Below are positions 10,935-25,334 of a stretch of DNA of 64,000 bases, in pieces (positions within the stretch are counted from its first letter, which is position 1; the number at the start of each line of letters is the position of its first letter). The notes beneath the pieces were generated by a model. The model made no database searches and was not told where the DNA came from. It saw only the letters and a program-made list of their open reading frames with translations. Source of the stretch: Saccostrea echinata (taxonomy: Eukaryota); contig NW_026889758.1 of assembly GCF_033153115.1 (NCBI RefSeq), positions 21,018,001 to 21,082,000 of the forward strand, in the 5' to 3' direction. Made by a program: the position numbers and the translations under genes.

Positions 10935-13505
10935 TTATATTCATGAATAATTCTTTAATAACATATATTACGGTGAACACCTAAAACTTGCTTCAACAGG
11001 AAAATATGCCTCTTGTGTAATTTCAAAGTTGATATTCATGGATGGAACTATCTTGTGGATTCGATCCAAGTGTGAAGAGCCATACGCCGTATATGTAATT
11101 CCTATATCAATGGTTTGATTGCATGTTTGCCTGTTTTACGTATTTACGTAACGCTCTGAGGGCATGAGAAATAATGAGAAAAGGGTCAATGAATAAGTGT
11201 GAAAAGGGAAAATCTCAGAGAAGTGTCTACACGTTGTGGTCAATTTTTTCCATATATTCCTTTTTTCATGTTAGAAAGAAAAAAACATTATCGCAAAATA
11301 ATGAGAAAAAAATCCCGATAATTTCTATCAGAATTGCCCGTTTGTCAATTAACAAGTCCAGGGGCTCTGTCTGGAAACGACTTTGAATGTAAACAAATTC
11401 ATCAACACGCAAGGGATACGAGCTGATTTTTGTGTTTATACTGATTATCAGTTATGAACATATTTGTAAGTCAAGAATGTTGACTGCATTAGAAAAAAAA
11501 GATCGAAATCATAACCTTTCCCAATCTCTTCCAACCGAAGCCTTACCTAGTTCCCATCAACTTTGTCAGAACAAGAGGCCATAGGCTACAACCCTCGCCT
11601 TAGTCATATGGATGGGTATGCAGATGCTCGATATACAATGTTCACAAATTGTTCTTGAGAAAGTTCAAATATGCCTCTGTGAGTTTTAGATCCTACACTG
11701 ACTCAGGGTCCATTTGTTGCTAATATTTACTTCATGCTGGTGCGAGAAATTGAAGCATTTTTGTTTCTTAAAGAAATATGTTTACTGTATTCTTTCTTTA
11801 TATTCTGTATCAACTTCAGTAAGCAATGAACACGCACACAATCGGGAAGTTTGTATTTAAGTTTGACTATAAATATGGCTTTTTCCAATGGAAGTGGAAG
11901 ATTTTTAACCAAACAAAGAACACAATTTGCTCGAAGTCGGAAGATACATGATAAGTAGAATTTTTTTCCTCTTATTTCCTTTCCCGAGCTCCCTACATCG
12001 TCATTAAGCAACATGTTCTATCATCTAAAAAGTTCAAAGATACTTGTGATCAGGACCACACCCCCTCCCACTATAGACATTCAGGGACCGACAATATAAG
12101 GCAGTTTTGTTCGACATACTAGTATTTGCAATGTATTTCATAAAAACAATCCTTCTACAAAGTCAAAAACCAATATATTAAAAGCACTATCGACCTATGT
12201 ATGTCACATTCTACGCATCCACAACAAACTGGATGCGAGTACTGAGTATACATTTTCCTCATAACTTGTAGTACATGTACCAGTGCATTAATCTTCGGAC
12301 ACCCAAGGACTCATCGTGCATCTAGTAACATGTTCCATATTTTGGTAAACATTTTCTCCTGTTATATATCTGTTCTCCAGATATTTAAGGGGACATTACA
12401 ATCCGTGATCTTTTTATGTCCGAAAATATTAACACTGGAGTAATGCACTTATTTCAAAAGATAAAGATTATACATGTATACTGTATACCATTTAATTATG
12501 CAGCAATGAAGTCTACTGTTGAAAATATTTATTCATGTGACAAATATAAAGTTTTATAATTAAGAACATATACTACTTCATTGATATATCACGTGACCTT
12601 GTTATTTAATGTGAATAAGGTACAACTTTATCTGTTAACAGTTGTATAACTGTATATTCTAAATAAACAAAAATAAGTATATCGCTACAGTCATTTTCAA
12701 ATGAAGCACATTTTGGTAAAACTACCAATACACATAATATTTTATTTCATATTCTGTCCAAAATAACAGTCTTTCAATAAGATGTCACCTAAGACTAAAT
12801 ATCGATTCAATATTCAGTCAAAATATGGTGAAAATAAAAAGGAAAACAACATGAAAAAAGTTTGATAAGGTGGAATGGGCAGGATGGAATACGATCTGAA
12901 GATAATTAAGCAGTCCTAAAATAACATTTGATGCCTCTACAAACACGTAAAGACCAATAATACAATCGAGATGAATGCTAATAAACTGAATGACTCGTGC
13001 ATAAAATATTATGATAACAAAACCAGTTAATTAAAACATAAAATTGTGAAAAGTCGTAAAATGAATCTTGGTAATCGATTTGACACCAAAGACCATAACA
13101 CTGTCATTGTCAGTTCCATCAGCTGTTAATAATAAATACAAGTCTCAAGTCTCCCTATGTCAGTACCATCCTCCGAGTGCAAATATTTCGGCGCCATCAC
13201 TCATCTTTTCGAACACACTTAGTTTTCTACTTACGACATAAAAAGAAAAGTACTCAGTGATAAATGTATCTGTATACTGAGACCAGACTGTTGAGTGTAT
13301 TTAGTAGCGTCTAGAAATGAGGTAAATATTATGGACAGCACGAAAAAGAGTTGAACAAACGTATATATATGCACTTAACTGAATTACACAAATTGTGGAG
13401 GCTGCTAAGCTCCACTTGTGTAAGCCACGCCCAGAAAAACCAATCTGGACAGAGATCACTGACCATCTCAGAAATTCGCAAAAAAATCGATAAACAACGA
13501 GCTCT

Positions 13506-13660
13506 TTACACCATGAAAAACAGTACAATAACAAGTGACAAATACAGATGACATAGGAACGATGACTGTAGATGATTGGTCGAAGACATCGGCTGCTGGT
13601 TATTAGATGCTGGGTTTTCTCCGCGATTCTCAGATTTTAAGTTCCGTTCCGAGATAATTA
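13506..13660 (-). CDS. Ig gene last coding exon (VIISERNLK...SFLCHLYLSLVIVLFFMV*; GPI-signal-like tail)
   Basis: cttttttcag acceptor, correct phase, terminal hydrophobic run followed immediately by TAA. Confidence 0.82.
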
Positions 13661-14184
13661 CTGAAAAAAGAAGTTATACTTTATAAAACACTCAGTTTTT
13701 TGTTTAAAAATATTTTCTCTTTATCATTTTATCACTTCAATGCATACTTAAGTATTGAATTTTTATTTTAGCACGGTATGATAATTTGTTGGCAAGGACA
13801 GGTGCTGTTATAGGACCGACGACATCCAAAAATAAGAATTCAATGCTTATATCTACATTCTCTAGTATTGTCAATTTCGTTAATCTTGATTATGAATTTA
13901 GCGCCTTTCAAAACCTGTTAAGAGCCGTTGTGACGTGGAGCAAATGAATATTGCGAGGGGGAAAATAACAAATTAATTTTAAACGTATACAATTGTTATA
14001 TTTTTACAATTATTTAATAGGGCAATTGTTTTTAATTAAATTGAGCCAAAACAATGTACATTTGGGCGTTCCTAGAGTATTGAAAATGTATGTAGTTCCT
14101 ACTGTATTCTACCGCATAGTGACAAGGTTTTGTGTGTGTTATTTTTAAACAAATAAAGTGAACCGCTGGATACATTATATACTA

Positions 14185-14875
14185 TTTTGAAATTTTGACT
14201 ATGTACAGCCATAAAGTTCCAAAATGAGGCCAGTTGTCCTATTTTTGTGTTGTCACACACCTTCCACTAAGATACATTCACCGACATGGTTTGATGATCC
14301 TAAGTCTAAAGTGTGCAAGATATGATCCGGTTACTATTTGATTAAACTGATTAGAAGCCACGGTGACCTACCTTTCGGTTGCGACACACGTTCCTTCAAG
14401 ATGCATCAACTGACAATGCTTGGTGGTCCCAAACCTCAGTGTGTAAGATTCGAACACTATTTGACTATGTAGAGCCAAACATTTTCAAATTGAGGTCATG
14501 GTGACCTTTTTTTGATTACAATACGCCTTAGCCCTATGATACTTCACCTCACAGCGTGCAAGCTGTTGTCTGTACCCGATTGAGTATGTACAATGTACAT
14601 ACCTCGACCCAGATCTATGCATCAACAGACCCCGTTTGATGGTCCTGTGCCTTAAAGTGTGCAAGATATTATCAGAGCATCATTTGACTATATAGCCATA
14701 AAATTCCAAAATGAGACCATGACGACCTACTTTTGGATTGCAACAGATACATCGACTGACATGGTTTAGTAGTCCTTATGACCCGAACACTAAAACTAGT
14801 AAAAGTTAACATGCGGGCAGAAAGCCTTTTACACAGAGTCCGTCTGAAGTAGTAATACGACTCGCTTAGGTCTTG
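14185..14875 (+). repeat. Degenerate tandem-array element (TTTGACTATGTACAGCCATAA..CCAAAATGAG monomers)
   Basis: The motif recurs at about 14193, 14460 and 14683. Confidence 0.5.
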
Positions 14876-15234
14876 TATTATAAAATAATGAAACAGTCTT
14901 CGTTGTTTGTACACTTGAATGGTTCGACCCTTTTAAACTTTGACAAATATTTTCAAAACAGGAAAGCTATACGTCATACTGAATTGATTCCAGTCTGTTT
15001 ATTGGCCGAGCTCAGGTGGATGTAAACCCCTAATTTAAGGGACTTATGTAACGACTATACTTCTAGAATTCGTCTTACAAAGTTATTTTCTAATTAGACG
15101 GATCAACTTAGAAATTTTGCAACTTTTCAATAGGAAAAGAACACGGTCGTTAGGTCGTAATTCGGTCTTGATTAAATTTTGCGTAATAAACAAAATTCTG
15201 TGGGCGGACCAGAACACATCATCATTAAACTTAC

Positions 15235-15258
15235 CTCTTTTGCTGTTCTTGCTAGTGG
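15235..15258 (-). CDS. Ig gene exon 5, 24-nt microexon (ATSKNSKR)
   Basis: Strong polypyrimidine acceptor (tctgctttctttttcag) and AG|gtaagt donor; symmetric phase 1-1. Confidence 0.72.
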
Positions 15259-15869
15259 CTGAAAAAGAAAGCAGATAAAGAATTGAACTTAAAATTCCTT
15301 TCAGCTGAGAAATCAATTATTATTCATATCAAGTGTTAAATGACATATAAATGGGAGACAGCTATTTCTAACGAACCGAAAGCATGTTTCAAATTATCTC
15401 TAGCAAACATATGCCAATTCTGAGTTTTGACACGATATTTGAAGAATACAGGAGAAAAAAGAATTTCTGAGTATCCAGGAAAAATATAAAATCCGTCCCA
15501 GATTACGATATAGTCACATTTGGGAATCCAATCTGCCAAGTGTCTCATTTATCACATTCTGTCGAACAGTCAAAGCCCAAAATCAATCTGTTCCGGACTA
15601 GAATGTCTTGGGATACAAATCAAACTCGATTTGCAAATTAATGTTTGGAGTAAGATGACACTGTTTAATGGCACTGGAGTGCAGTTTCTACTTTCCCGGC
15701 AACAGAGATACAAACTAAAAACGATCCTAACGGATCAGGAACAAAGAGAAGTGGCGTATTATCACGCTTCACTTCAATTATTCGTATGGAATTTCTTGTT
15801 AGAAAGATTGATAATCTTTATTACATCAGAATATAAATTAGTGCGTGAAAATCATGCGGCGATACTGAC

Positions 15870-16160
15870 CATACAACACAACAACTGATGTTGACTCCAC
15901 CAGACTGTTGGATGTCCGACATGTGTAAGTCCCAGCATCACTCATCCGCGCATGCTCGACACGAAAAGTACTCTTTATAGTTTTTGTTTCCATTGTCACA
16001 GAAAATTTAATAGTAACACCCCTTTCAACATTACTCTGAAGTTTTTCACCATTTTTGAACCAGTCAATATTTTCAGGAACAAAGTCTACTCCAGTGACAT
16101 TACAATAAATTTCAAATGGTTCGTCAGTATTTACATGTTGTCTGTCAGAAATGTGGATCA
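15870..16160 (-). CDS. Ig gene exon 4 (Ig2: IYCNVTG...IDWFKNG...SDAGTYTCRTS)
   Basis: Complete Ig domain with Cys, Trp and DxGxYxC; tttcag acceptor, G|gtcagt donor. Confidence 0.95.
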
Positions 16161-17580
16161 CTGAAAGATAAGGACAAAGAAAAGCTTATATGATGTATGT
16201 TGATAAAACATGAGCAACTCTCAATATCGAATTAAAGTCACCACAAAAATTTGAATCAAAGGATTATTAGAGAATTTACTACTTCTTATCAAGAAATATC
16301 TCCGGGAGACTTAAAGTACAATAAAAATGCAGCCCTTGAAGCTTTAAATAAAAAACCGTGTTTGTAAAGAATCTTTACGCAATAAAAGTAACAAAATAAT
16401 GCACAACAGTTTGAATATACCAGGATTTCAACCTGACATCTCTCTCTCTCTCTCTCTCTCTTACCTACCTTCTTTAGAGTTTGATTTTTGTCGAGGAACA
16501 TGTTGTTTTTCTACAAAATTCAAAATTCCTTTACACTTGAAATTGTGAAATTAAACAAAACAAAGATGTAACTATGTACCCGAACTTAAAAAAAAATGTG
16601 AAAGGACGTAAGCATCAAAGTATTGGGACTGTAAAGCTTGACATGTACATATTATTTGGCATGAATGCTAGAGGAGAACAACAAAACAGCTGATTTTACC
16701 TTGTAAATAACCATGAGTAATAGCCTTATCAATCATGCCAATTATACATATTTAAACCTTGAAGTTCAATACTGAATCCAGATTTTAAAAGATTACTTCG
16801 ACCGAATCATATAAACTTCTCTATGTCTCTTTTCCCCACGCGTTGTTCACATTCTTCAACAGATATATCTTGTGATACATTATCTTTCAGCCAAATGAAT
16901 ACGTTTATCCTTCAAAATGAATTTAAAAATAATTAAAAAATGATCTCTTGTTTATGTTTTGAAACATACAACTATTTTGAACGATACCTCTTTTATAACA
17001 TACCAACGATTTTCACTCCCTGACATAAATACAAGGAATTCATTTATGTATTTAGTAGCCTAACATCTAAATGGCCAACAAACGTTCCTCTTTTACCCTT
17101 ACTATGTCTTTTTAGAGTTACTTTATCGCATAATCAAGGAGGAACAATTCTAAGAAGCTCTGTTATTCTACAATGATGTACTATTGTTTTGTTGCGATAT
17201 AGTTTTTGAGTATCACGTGATCAGTAACGGAAGCGGATACGGAAGGGTGTCAGAGATCGCAACGATTAGGCCATACAAAATACAAGAACAATATATCAAA
17301 AATGACAGTAATTTGGTGAAAACAAAACTTTGCACCTTAATTTCCAAATGTACTTTTTTATCATAATACAGATATGTTCAAATGAAAATTTGGATAAAGG
17401 AGAAGAATAGAGTTTTTCTTTTTCTTAAGAAAACTGCCGCAGTGCTTAAACTGTCATCGATTGATCATCTAATGTACATTTGCAACAACATTTACATGTA
17501 AGTATTCAAGATCTGACTTCTCAGTGACAGTATCCATTATTTTCCTATAAAATAAGCGTTACTAAGGGGAAAGGAGAATA

Positions 17581-18434
17581 AACAAAAGACTCATGGGCCA
17601 CAGCGCTCACCTGAGCCAACTGTGATTCAGCATATCCCCCATATATTCCTATGTAAAACTGTGATCTCCTATTGCGGCCTCACCATAGCCCTGGGGGTCA
17701 TGATTTGAACAAATTTGCTACGCCACAGGAGGATGCCAGTAAGTATGACAAATCTTCACTTTGCTGTCCTTGAGAAAAAAATAAAGATTGTTTTCTGTAT
17801 ATTCTTATGTAAAATTTGATCACACATTACTTGAAGATGCTTCCATATGACTTACTATGGCTTTGCTGTTCTTGAAGAAGACTCTTAAATTTTTTTTCTA
17901 ATATATAGTTATTTCTATGAAAAGCTATGATCGCCCATTGTGGCTCAATCCTACCCCCGGGGGGACACGATTTAAAGAAACTTGAATCTATACTATCAGA
18001 GGATAAATAATACTTATCATAGCTTTATTATTCTTGAGAAGATTTCAAAATATTTTTCTTATGTAAAACTTTGATTGCCCATTGTGGTTTCACCCTACCC
18101 TCAGGGCTATGATTTGAACAAATTTAAATCTACACTGTGTAATGAAGCGTTTATATAAGTTTCATCTTTATCTGGTCCATTGCTTCTCGAAAAGAAGATT
18201 TTTGAAAGATGCCATAAAATGTTCACTAATTCTTAATTTCTTAATTTGCCCCCCCCCCCCCTTGAAGGAGGGTGTGACCCTTCATTTGGACAACTAGAAT
18301 CACCTTCACACAAGGATGCTCTGTGCCAACTTTGGTTGAAACTGGCCAAGTTGCTCTGGAGAAGAACTTGCGAAAAGTTTACAACAACAATGACGACAAC
18401 ACAGACAACGGACTTCGGCTCAGGTGAGCTAAAA
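17581..18434 (+). mobile_element. HINE-like element family 3 (subTIR GCTCACCTGAG / CTCAGGTGAGC)
   Basis: Subterminal inverted repeats, degenerate internal tandem monomers, ACA/ACG microsatellite near the 3' end. Confidence 0.75.
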
Positions 18435-18729
18435 GTTAAACGTCGGGTCAGAAAAGAACATTAAACATCTCACAGGCGCAGTCAGTAGACACAAGGTGCT
18501 CAGTATTTTCATTGGACTTCAAAATACTCAGTATCGATACTTTACTATTAACTTATCCATGTTTTGATTACAAGACGATGGGGATGCTTTTACATTAGAT
18601 TGATTAATTTTTTTGATACTCGGAGCAGAATTTGGCAGCGATTTGACTAATTACTGTTCATAATTAATTTGTACATATCCTCTTGTCAAAGTCACTTAAC
18701 TGGCACAAGTATGAATACTCTAGTCATAC

Positions 18730-18943
18730 CTATTACAGTGAGGTAGAAATGTTTCCGCATCTGTTTATCGGCAGTGGGCACTTGACATTCGTACTCTCCA
18801 CTGTGTCTGGAATGTGCATCGGAAATGATCAGTTTCCAGTCCTCCGATTCTCGCGCATGTTCCACAGACATGGCTACATCGTTAACAAAAATATATTGAC
18901 CAATCGTTAAAGGCGATACATCAGGTGGCTTTCTCCAAATGAC
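18730..18943 (-). CDS. Ig gene exon 3 (VIWRK...WKLIISDAHSRHSGEYECQV...FYLTVI; rest of Ig1)
   Basis: Ig C-strand Trp and SGxYECQV motif; cag acceptor, G|gtatga donor. Confidence 0.95.
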
Positions 18944-19160
18944 CTGTAATGGATGAAAAGTACCCAACATATTTTTTCATTATTTGAAAAAAAGGAAAAA
19001 ATGAGACCATTTTGTAGTCTTTACTTTATATATAAGCACGTGTTAACATAAAAAAGACGAAAATTCTTCGATCATTCTGATACTGGTACACTATTTGGTA
19101 GTTATGCTTGTTTTAAAAAGACACATCTTTGTTTCACTGCCTGTGACTTTGTATTTCTTA

Positions 19161-19162
<2 letters not shown>

Positions 19163-19237
<75 letters not shown>
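19163..19237. repeat. (AT)n microsatellite
   Basis: Direct observation. Confidence 0.97.
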
Positions 19238-19239
<2 letters not shown>

Positions 19240-20610
19240 GGTATTAATTGTTTAATTGTCTGATGACTCGGGAGAAAAAAATGGATGGGATACTGAAACT
19301 GATGGATGGATGGCATAGTGAACAGAAAAAAATATTTGGTTAGATAGTCTTTTCCAATATATTTTTCTTTTCTTGCTTATTTTTTTTAAGAAACATGCGA
19401 GTCTTAAAAAACAGATATGCTATTTTCATCACAAGAGACAAGATTGTTTTTAAATTGCCAAATGAACTATTTCTTAAATGATAAATCTTGCAATTAATTT
19501 CTAAGCACTTGAGCAAATTTTACAGAAAGCGTCAAATACCGTAATGGATAATTTTAGATTTTCTGCATTTTTGTATGTAAAAATGTTCTATGCATGTTTC
19601 CCAGAATATAAAGCCCGTCTTTGAGAGTCGTGCCAATCTATGTATCTTTGCATATCGGTAAACCGTGAACTGCAATACTATAAAACCATTATACTGTGTA
19701 TCGGATGCGAACTGTTGATGAAATAATGGTATAGATGGAACGTCATTAAATACTCATCATGAACAATTGATAAACAATAGACAACGCCTGGTCTGCATTG
19801 AACATTGACATCCGGGGGTGACAGCGAGGTTAGCCGTGCCTTAGGTGTCCAGTACCTGCTTTTTCTCCGATTGAAATCATGCCTTCTGGTTTGATCTCTG
19901 AAATAATCTTTCGTTTCTTCTGACCGATCACGGCATAGTACATGTACTTGTCCCCAAGACAACCCACTGTAATTAATGGAATTGTGTAGCAATTTGTTAA
20001 CTAGCTACACAGATTTTCACAATTTCCCCCATTACCGTAATGCACAAAGCACGGGGATCTGGGGGGTACTTCGCCAATTGAAATTTATTTCTTCATTGTG
20101 TACTTTCGTCGACACACACTTTCAACAGATCGCCAAAGACAATACCGACCAACGCAATGTTATGACACATTAATGACTCTTGTCAGTATTCCTCTCTGTA
20201 AACTGTCCATATTCTTGGAACCTACAGACCTTTGAGGGTGGTTTGATCTCAGTGGTAGTTTCCAGATGAATGATATTCACGCAGTTCTGTGTGATAAATA
20301 CTGAAACATCAGTTTTGCACATTCTGACCCTTGCATACTTGCACTTTCGGCAGATTTTGGCTCACTAACTGTATCTTATCTTGTACATATTACTAAGCAA
20401 ATAACTTAAGTGATGACTACATAGAAAAAGATTTACACGAATAGTTCAATGCATGTATTATTTTAAAAAAAGGCAATTATACATGTAAATTATAAATTCA
20501 CTGAAAGGTAATTCCTCATCATGATGTATCTAAAATACCCATACCAGATATAACCTGACATGGGTATTTTAAGTACATGATGATGAGAATTTACTATGAG
20601 ATATTCTTAC

Positions 20611-20744
20611 TTTTCTTGTCCCGAGATTTTCCACCTTACACACTAGGCTGGCGGTGTCCCCGGCATTCACCGTCACATTGGTCTCAGAGTAGGCAAACCT
20701 GGGGACCGGGTACCTGCCCGAGACTCCAAGACGGGAACCGAAAG
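20611..20744 (-). CDS. Ig gene exon 2 (AFGSRLGVSGRYPVPRFAYSETNVTVNAGDTASLVCKVENLGTRK; start of Ig1)
   Basis: ttacag acceptor and AAA|gtaag donor; PxF..NVTVxxGxTAxLxCxVxNLG is typical of a Dpr-like Ig1. Confidence 0.92.
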
Positions 20745-23264
20745 CTGTAAGGAAAAAAAATATAAAGAAATAAGAGACTATACTCAGTAATTAACAGTTA
20801 TAATATAATTATCTATAACTGTTTCAAAAAATCGTCATGGTGCAATATCATTGTATTTTTAGGTTCACATTATCGTTTTTATACACACTGGTAAAACATA
20901 TAAATCTACATAAAAATTGTATGTCATTCAAGATATACATTTTTTTTGGAATGCAAAACTCTTGAGAGTGATTACGATTCCCATGTTTCCGTAAATTATA
21001 TCTGTACTGCTTAAGCTTCAATATTCAGGTATTCTTTAAAATTTTTTGAACGCGATTTAAACATATGAATCATTTCTTTGATTCCGATTTCCTTGGCAGA
21101 ATTCAATAATGGATTTGTAGTTTTAGTTTAATTTGGCTTACCACACCCTTAAGTGTTATGGGACGTAGCTTCTATCGTTAAAGTGCGGAAGGACAAAAAA
21201 ATGAAATGAATTATTTGTGGAGCATTTGAAAGAAACAGATGGTTTTCCTGTGATATCGAGGATGCCATAAGTGATCAAGTCATGAATATTCACAAAGTCT
21301 GTCACTTGACCAGCGTTGATTGGCTATAGATTGATTCATTTTACAATAAAAACGCACTTTGACCAGGGCACTAAAACCTCATTTTAAAATATTAATGTTT
21401 CTTTGTCAGTACCCAATGGTCAGCTCATTGAATTATAATCATATATATTCATTATCAGAGGCTGGTGTCCAGATGAAATAAAAACACTAGAAGACCACGG
21501 TTATTGAAAAAAGGAAAAGAAAAAAAAAGATGTTGACGAGAGGTTATAGGATATATTGTATACTTTAAGTCCATATAGTCAAGGATTCGAACCCCAAAAA
21601 TACAAAGTTATTTTTTTAATAATCGCATAATTTTTGCCTAGAAAATTTTCCGCAGAAAAGTTGTCATAATTTTATAAATTTCAGTATTAAGAACTTTACT
21701 CTAAATACTAAATTCACAAATTGAATACGGTATTTATATATCTAAAGCTATAGGCATTCTGCACGCTCTTTTTTATTCAATAGGTTGTTCACTTTTTAAA
21801 ACACATGTCACTATAATAAATAAACTGCTACTATTGCAATTCATCATAATCAGTCTATCAGTATAGTGATGCCGCTATTTCTCTCTCTCTCTCTCTCTCT
21901 CTCAATAGAATAAAATTATTTTAAGATTATATATGACTGAGATGTAACGAAGCTATTTGATTTTAAATAAACAATAATGGCCTCAGGTGCATACTGTAAC
22001 AAAATGCAAACATAAATTCAATATTTCCCTCACGCTGCTTTGAGTCTAAAGTCGGCGTCTATCGGCTACAGAACCAATTCAATATCATTTTTCCCATTTC
22101 CTCGGAAACCCGTCTTTAATGTTCCTTACAATAAGGTGAAAACGATCGAAAAACATTTAGTCTTCGACAAGGGGGGAATCATGGCAAATTATTTATATAA
22201 TCAATCATCTGTTTTGCATTCTGGAAGTATTTATCCAATTATAAGACTGTGTTATTTCAAACAGAAAATTTAATGATACTCCTTTTTTAAAAACACTGTA
22301 AGATAAGAAGACAATTTATATAGTATGATTATGTAATTAATGATCCTCGCTGATTGATGGCATCGGTTGCAGTTTTTGAAAGTGGTGCCATATAATACCG
22401 GGGGGATATATTTGGCTTTTGTTTCTTTGTGGTGATAGCATCAATAGTTCCCGTTAGTTTTAGATGAATGAGTTAGGCAAAAAATGCTTCACAGATGGTT
22501 TCTATACTTTAAATATAAACATAACAATTTCAAAAGAAAACATTCACCGTTAAACCGATTGTCAAGGACCAGTACGTTAAGACTTGTCGATTGTTTTCAT
22601 GTGCGTAAATCAATAAAGAAAACATTTAAAACAAATTGTCTTTTATGATCTTTGGTGCAATTGGCAACTTCTTTCGCATTACTTTGTCTTAGGTCATTAT
22701 ATTTCTCCTTAAAAATCATGTTCATTTTACAGTGATTAATGACATCACCAATGAGGCAAAATATCAGAGCTATTATTGTACGACTAACGAAACGGAGCTG
22801 AACGTCGCAACGTGCATGTAACAATTACTTATCCTAAACGACGCCAAGCTTTTGTCAGACTCGGACGAAAATAAATATCTGTAAAACAGCAAATTAATTT
22901 AGATAAATGTATCATAACGAGTTTCCTGATAAACTGTTTAACCTTTGTGGGTCGGTTTGATAAAGCATTAATAACTCTCCGCGTCTGTTTAAAGTTTCAT
23001 TCACAAATGATATACAGAATGTATATGCATACAAAACGCAAAAAATTCACATTAAATGGCAAATGACAAAATTTACGACCATTGTGCAAAACATAACATT
23101 TTATCACAAGAAACACTAAAAAGGCATATAACCCGTGCATTACATTGCAATTAAATTGGCAAACGCATTTTTCTCTCTCTGGAAAAGCAACCGATTTTGG
23201 GACACTAGTCACGCAATGGTTGATTTACATGATATGTTAGGACTTAGAAATTTGTCTACATAAT

Positions 23265-23520
23265 CAAATGCTGACTGACTTTTTTTCATACTAATTGTTA
23301 GGCCATTATTTACACATTGAATTGTTTACGGATTTTTCCGTTATTTCTCAATCATGACAAGGACGGGTGTGACCGGTCGGCAGCGGATGCTCACTCCTTC
23401 ACGGCACCTGATCCCACCTCTGATGTTTTGGAGGTCCGTGTTTTCTCTGTTCCTGTCAAATTTGTATTGTTTAATTGGACTTTTCAGCTTGAATACTGTT
23501 CATAATCTCCATATATTTCA
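23265..23520 (+). mobile_element. Penelope-like element 3' end fragment
   Basis: Same 3' motif as the copy at 470-685. Confidence 0.7.
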
Positions 23521-25066
23521 TGAAACAAATTGGTACCGTTAATCTTGGTCAGCAGGTCATTTATAAATGATATAAATAAATTAAGAATTACGAAGATGAA
23601 TGTTTAAAACTTTATACATGTACTAGTGTCGTTTACTGAATTTTATTTGAATATTTAAATAACTACACGTGTGTTTATTTTAATTTTCAAATAAAAATCA
23701 GTAAACGACACTATAGTATATAATTATGTTTTTGTTACTTTTAGTCAAGGTATATATAAATTATTAATATTTTTTCAACATTTCAAACAGTAAGTAAAGA
23801 CAATGAAATATCTTCAGGACCTTGCAGTGGATATATTGAAACAAATGTTTTAAAAAGTTGGACAATTTAGAGTGCAATTCCTTTAAAACACACATTGGTT
23901 CTTCGATCTGGTCGAATTGAGCCTTGACACTCTTTAGTATCCAGTTGTGAGATAGTGCGCGTGATTGTGTGTGGCATACATCGGAACCATCAGGAAGAAT
24001 CTAGCCCGTAACAAGCATTACGCATTATTAATTTTAACAAGCTCTGTTACTTTTTTCTCCTATCTGAGAGTATCTATATCTTCAGAAGTTCCTGCCAGCC
24101 AAAATACTGGTACCCTTTCCTGACATGTCATTAACCGGGGACTAGAAAAGAACACAATCTAGCATAAATATGTGATGTGCAAAATTTCCTGCAAAATATG
24201 ATTTCCCGTTTGTTTTGCAGACTAGTACAAGGTGTTTCCACATCGGTCAATTTAAGTTCTCTGGAGCAGTTGTTTAGCCAAAACACATAAGGCCTCGTTA
24301 AAATAATAGAGGCGGCTTCACCACGTGTGGGAAATGTAATTCAAATAAATATGCATTTGTTAATTTTGGCATATGTACAGTGAATAAAGAATATGATTCT
24401 TATATGCCATTGCGTTGCAAAAGATTCTAATAATGCAACTTTAATAATTTCCAATGGTATAACGAATAGTTTCCTTGTTTGTCTAATGAAAAGCAATGAT
24501 CTCTTTAATAAAACCCAATACAACACCGTTATTCGTTTCATGTGGCGGCTATCCTCGTGCTTTAGAAAGAGAGGGGCATTTCTTTAAAATACAAAATCTG
24601 CCAAAATGTTGGTTACGGTCCCTATATAACTAAGACACTTGTCCTTCTACACTGGAACTCGGTGTTCCGAGTGTGAAATTCTTACAAAAAAAAAAAAAAA
24701 ACTATTGAATTATAATTTACGAGTAAAATGAAAACGCAAATCATTCTTTGTGATCTTGAGTGGAAATATACTATAGTTTGTATAATGAGGGATTAGATTA
24801 TTGATTGCACATCAAAATTCCTTGCAATAAAACTAAAGATCAAGTATAAGTATTTTCCTTTTTCTATTACTTTGAGATTGAAGCGTGCCTAAAGACTGAC
24901 GTAAACATTCATATGCTGTGACAATTTTATGTACATCTGTTTTTGTAGTATTAAGCTACCTGTCTGTTGACTAGTATAAATCAAAATCAAGTCGATTATT
25001 GATATTTGCAAAAGCATTAAACAATTAACGACATAAAAAAAAAAGATATATTTCTATAACATAACA

Positions 25067-25224
25067 NNNNNNNNNNNNNNNNNNNNNNNNNNNNNNNNNN
25101 NNNNNNNNNNNNNNNNNNNNNNNNNNNNNNNNNNNNNNNNNNNNNNNNNNNNNNNNNNNNNNNNNNNNNNNNNNNNNNNNNNNNNNNNNNNNNNNNNNNN
25201 NNNNNNNNNNNNNNNNNNNNNNNN
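25067..25224. other. Assembly gap (N run)
   Basis: Ns. Confidence 1.
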
Positions 25225-25334
25225 AAGGACATGGGATACAAGGAAAATACATATATGATTTAGAAATTTGTAAAACAGTTTGTACAGGATTTATTCTTGT
25301 AAAACACATATTCATCACGAAGTTTCCTATAAAT

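Noticed and set aside
20230-20300. Possible alternative Ig-gene exon (FITQNCVNIIHLETTTEIKPPSK)
   Set aside because: Weak donor (gtctgt), short pyrimidine tract and no Ig similarity. It cannot be supported without RNA data.
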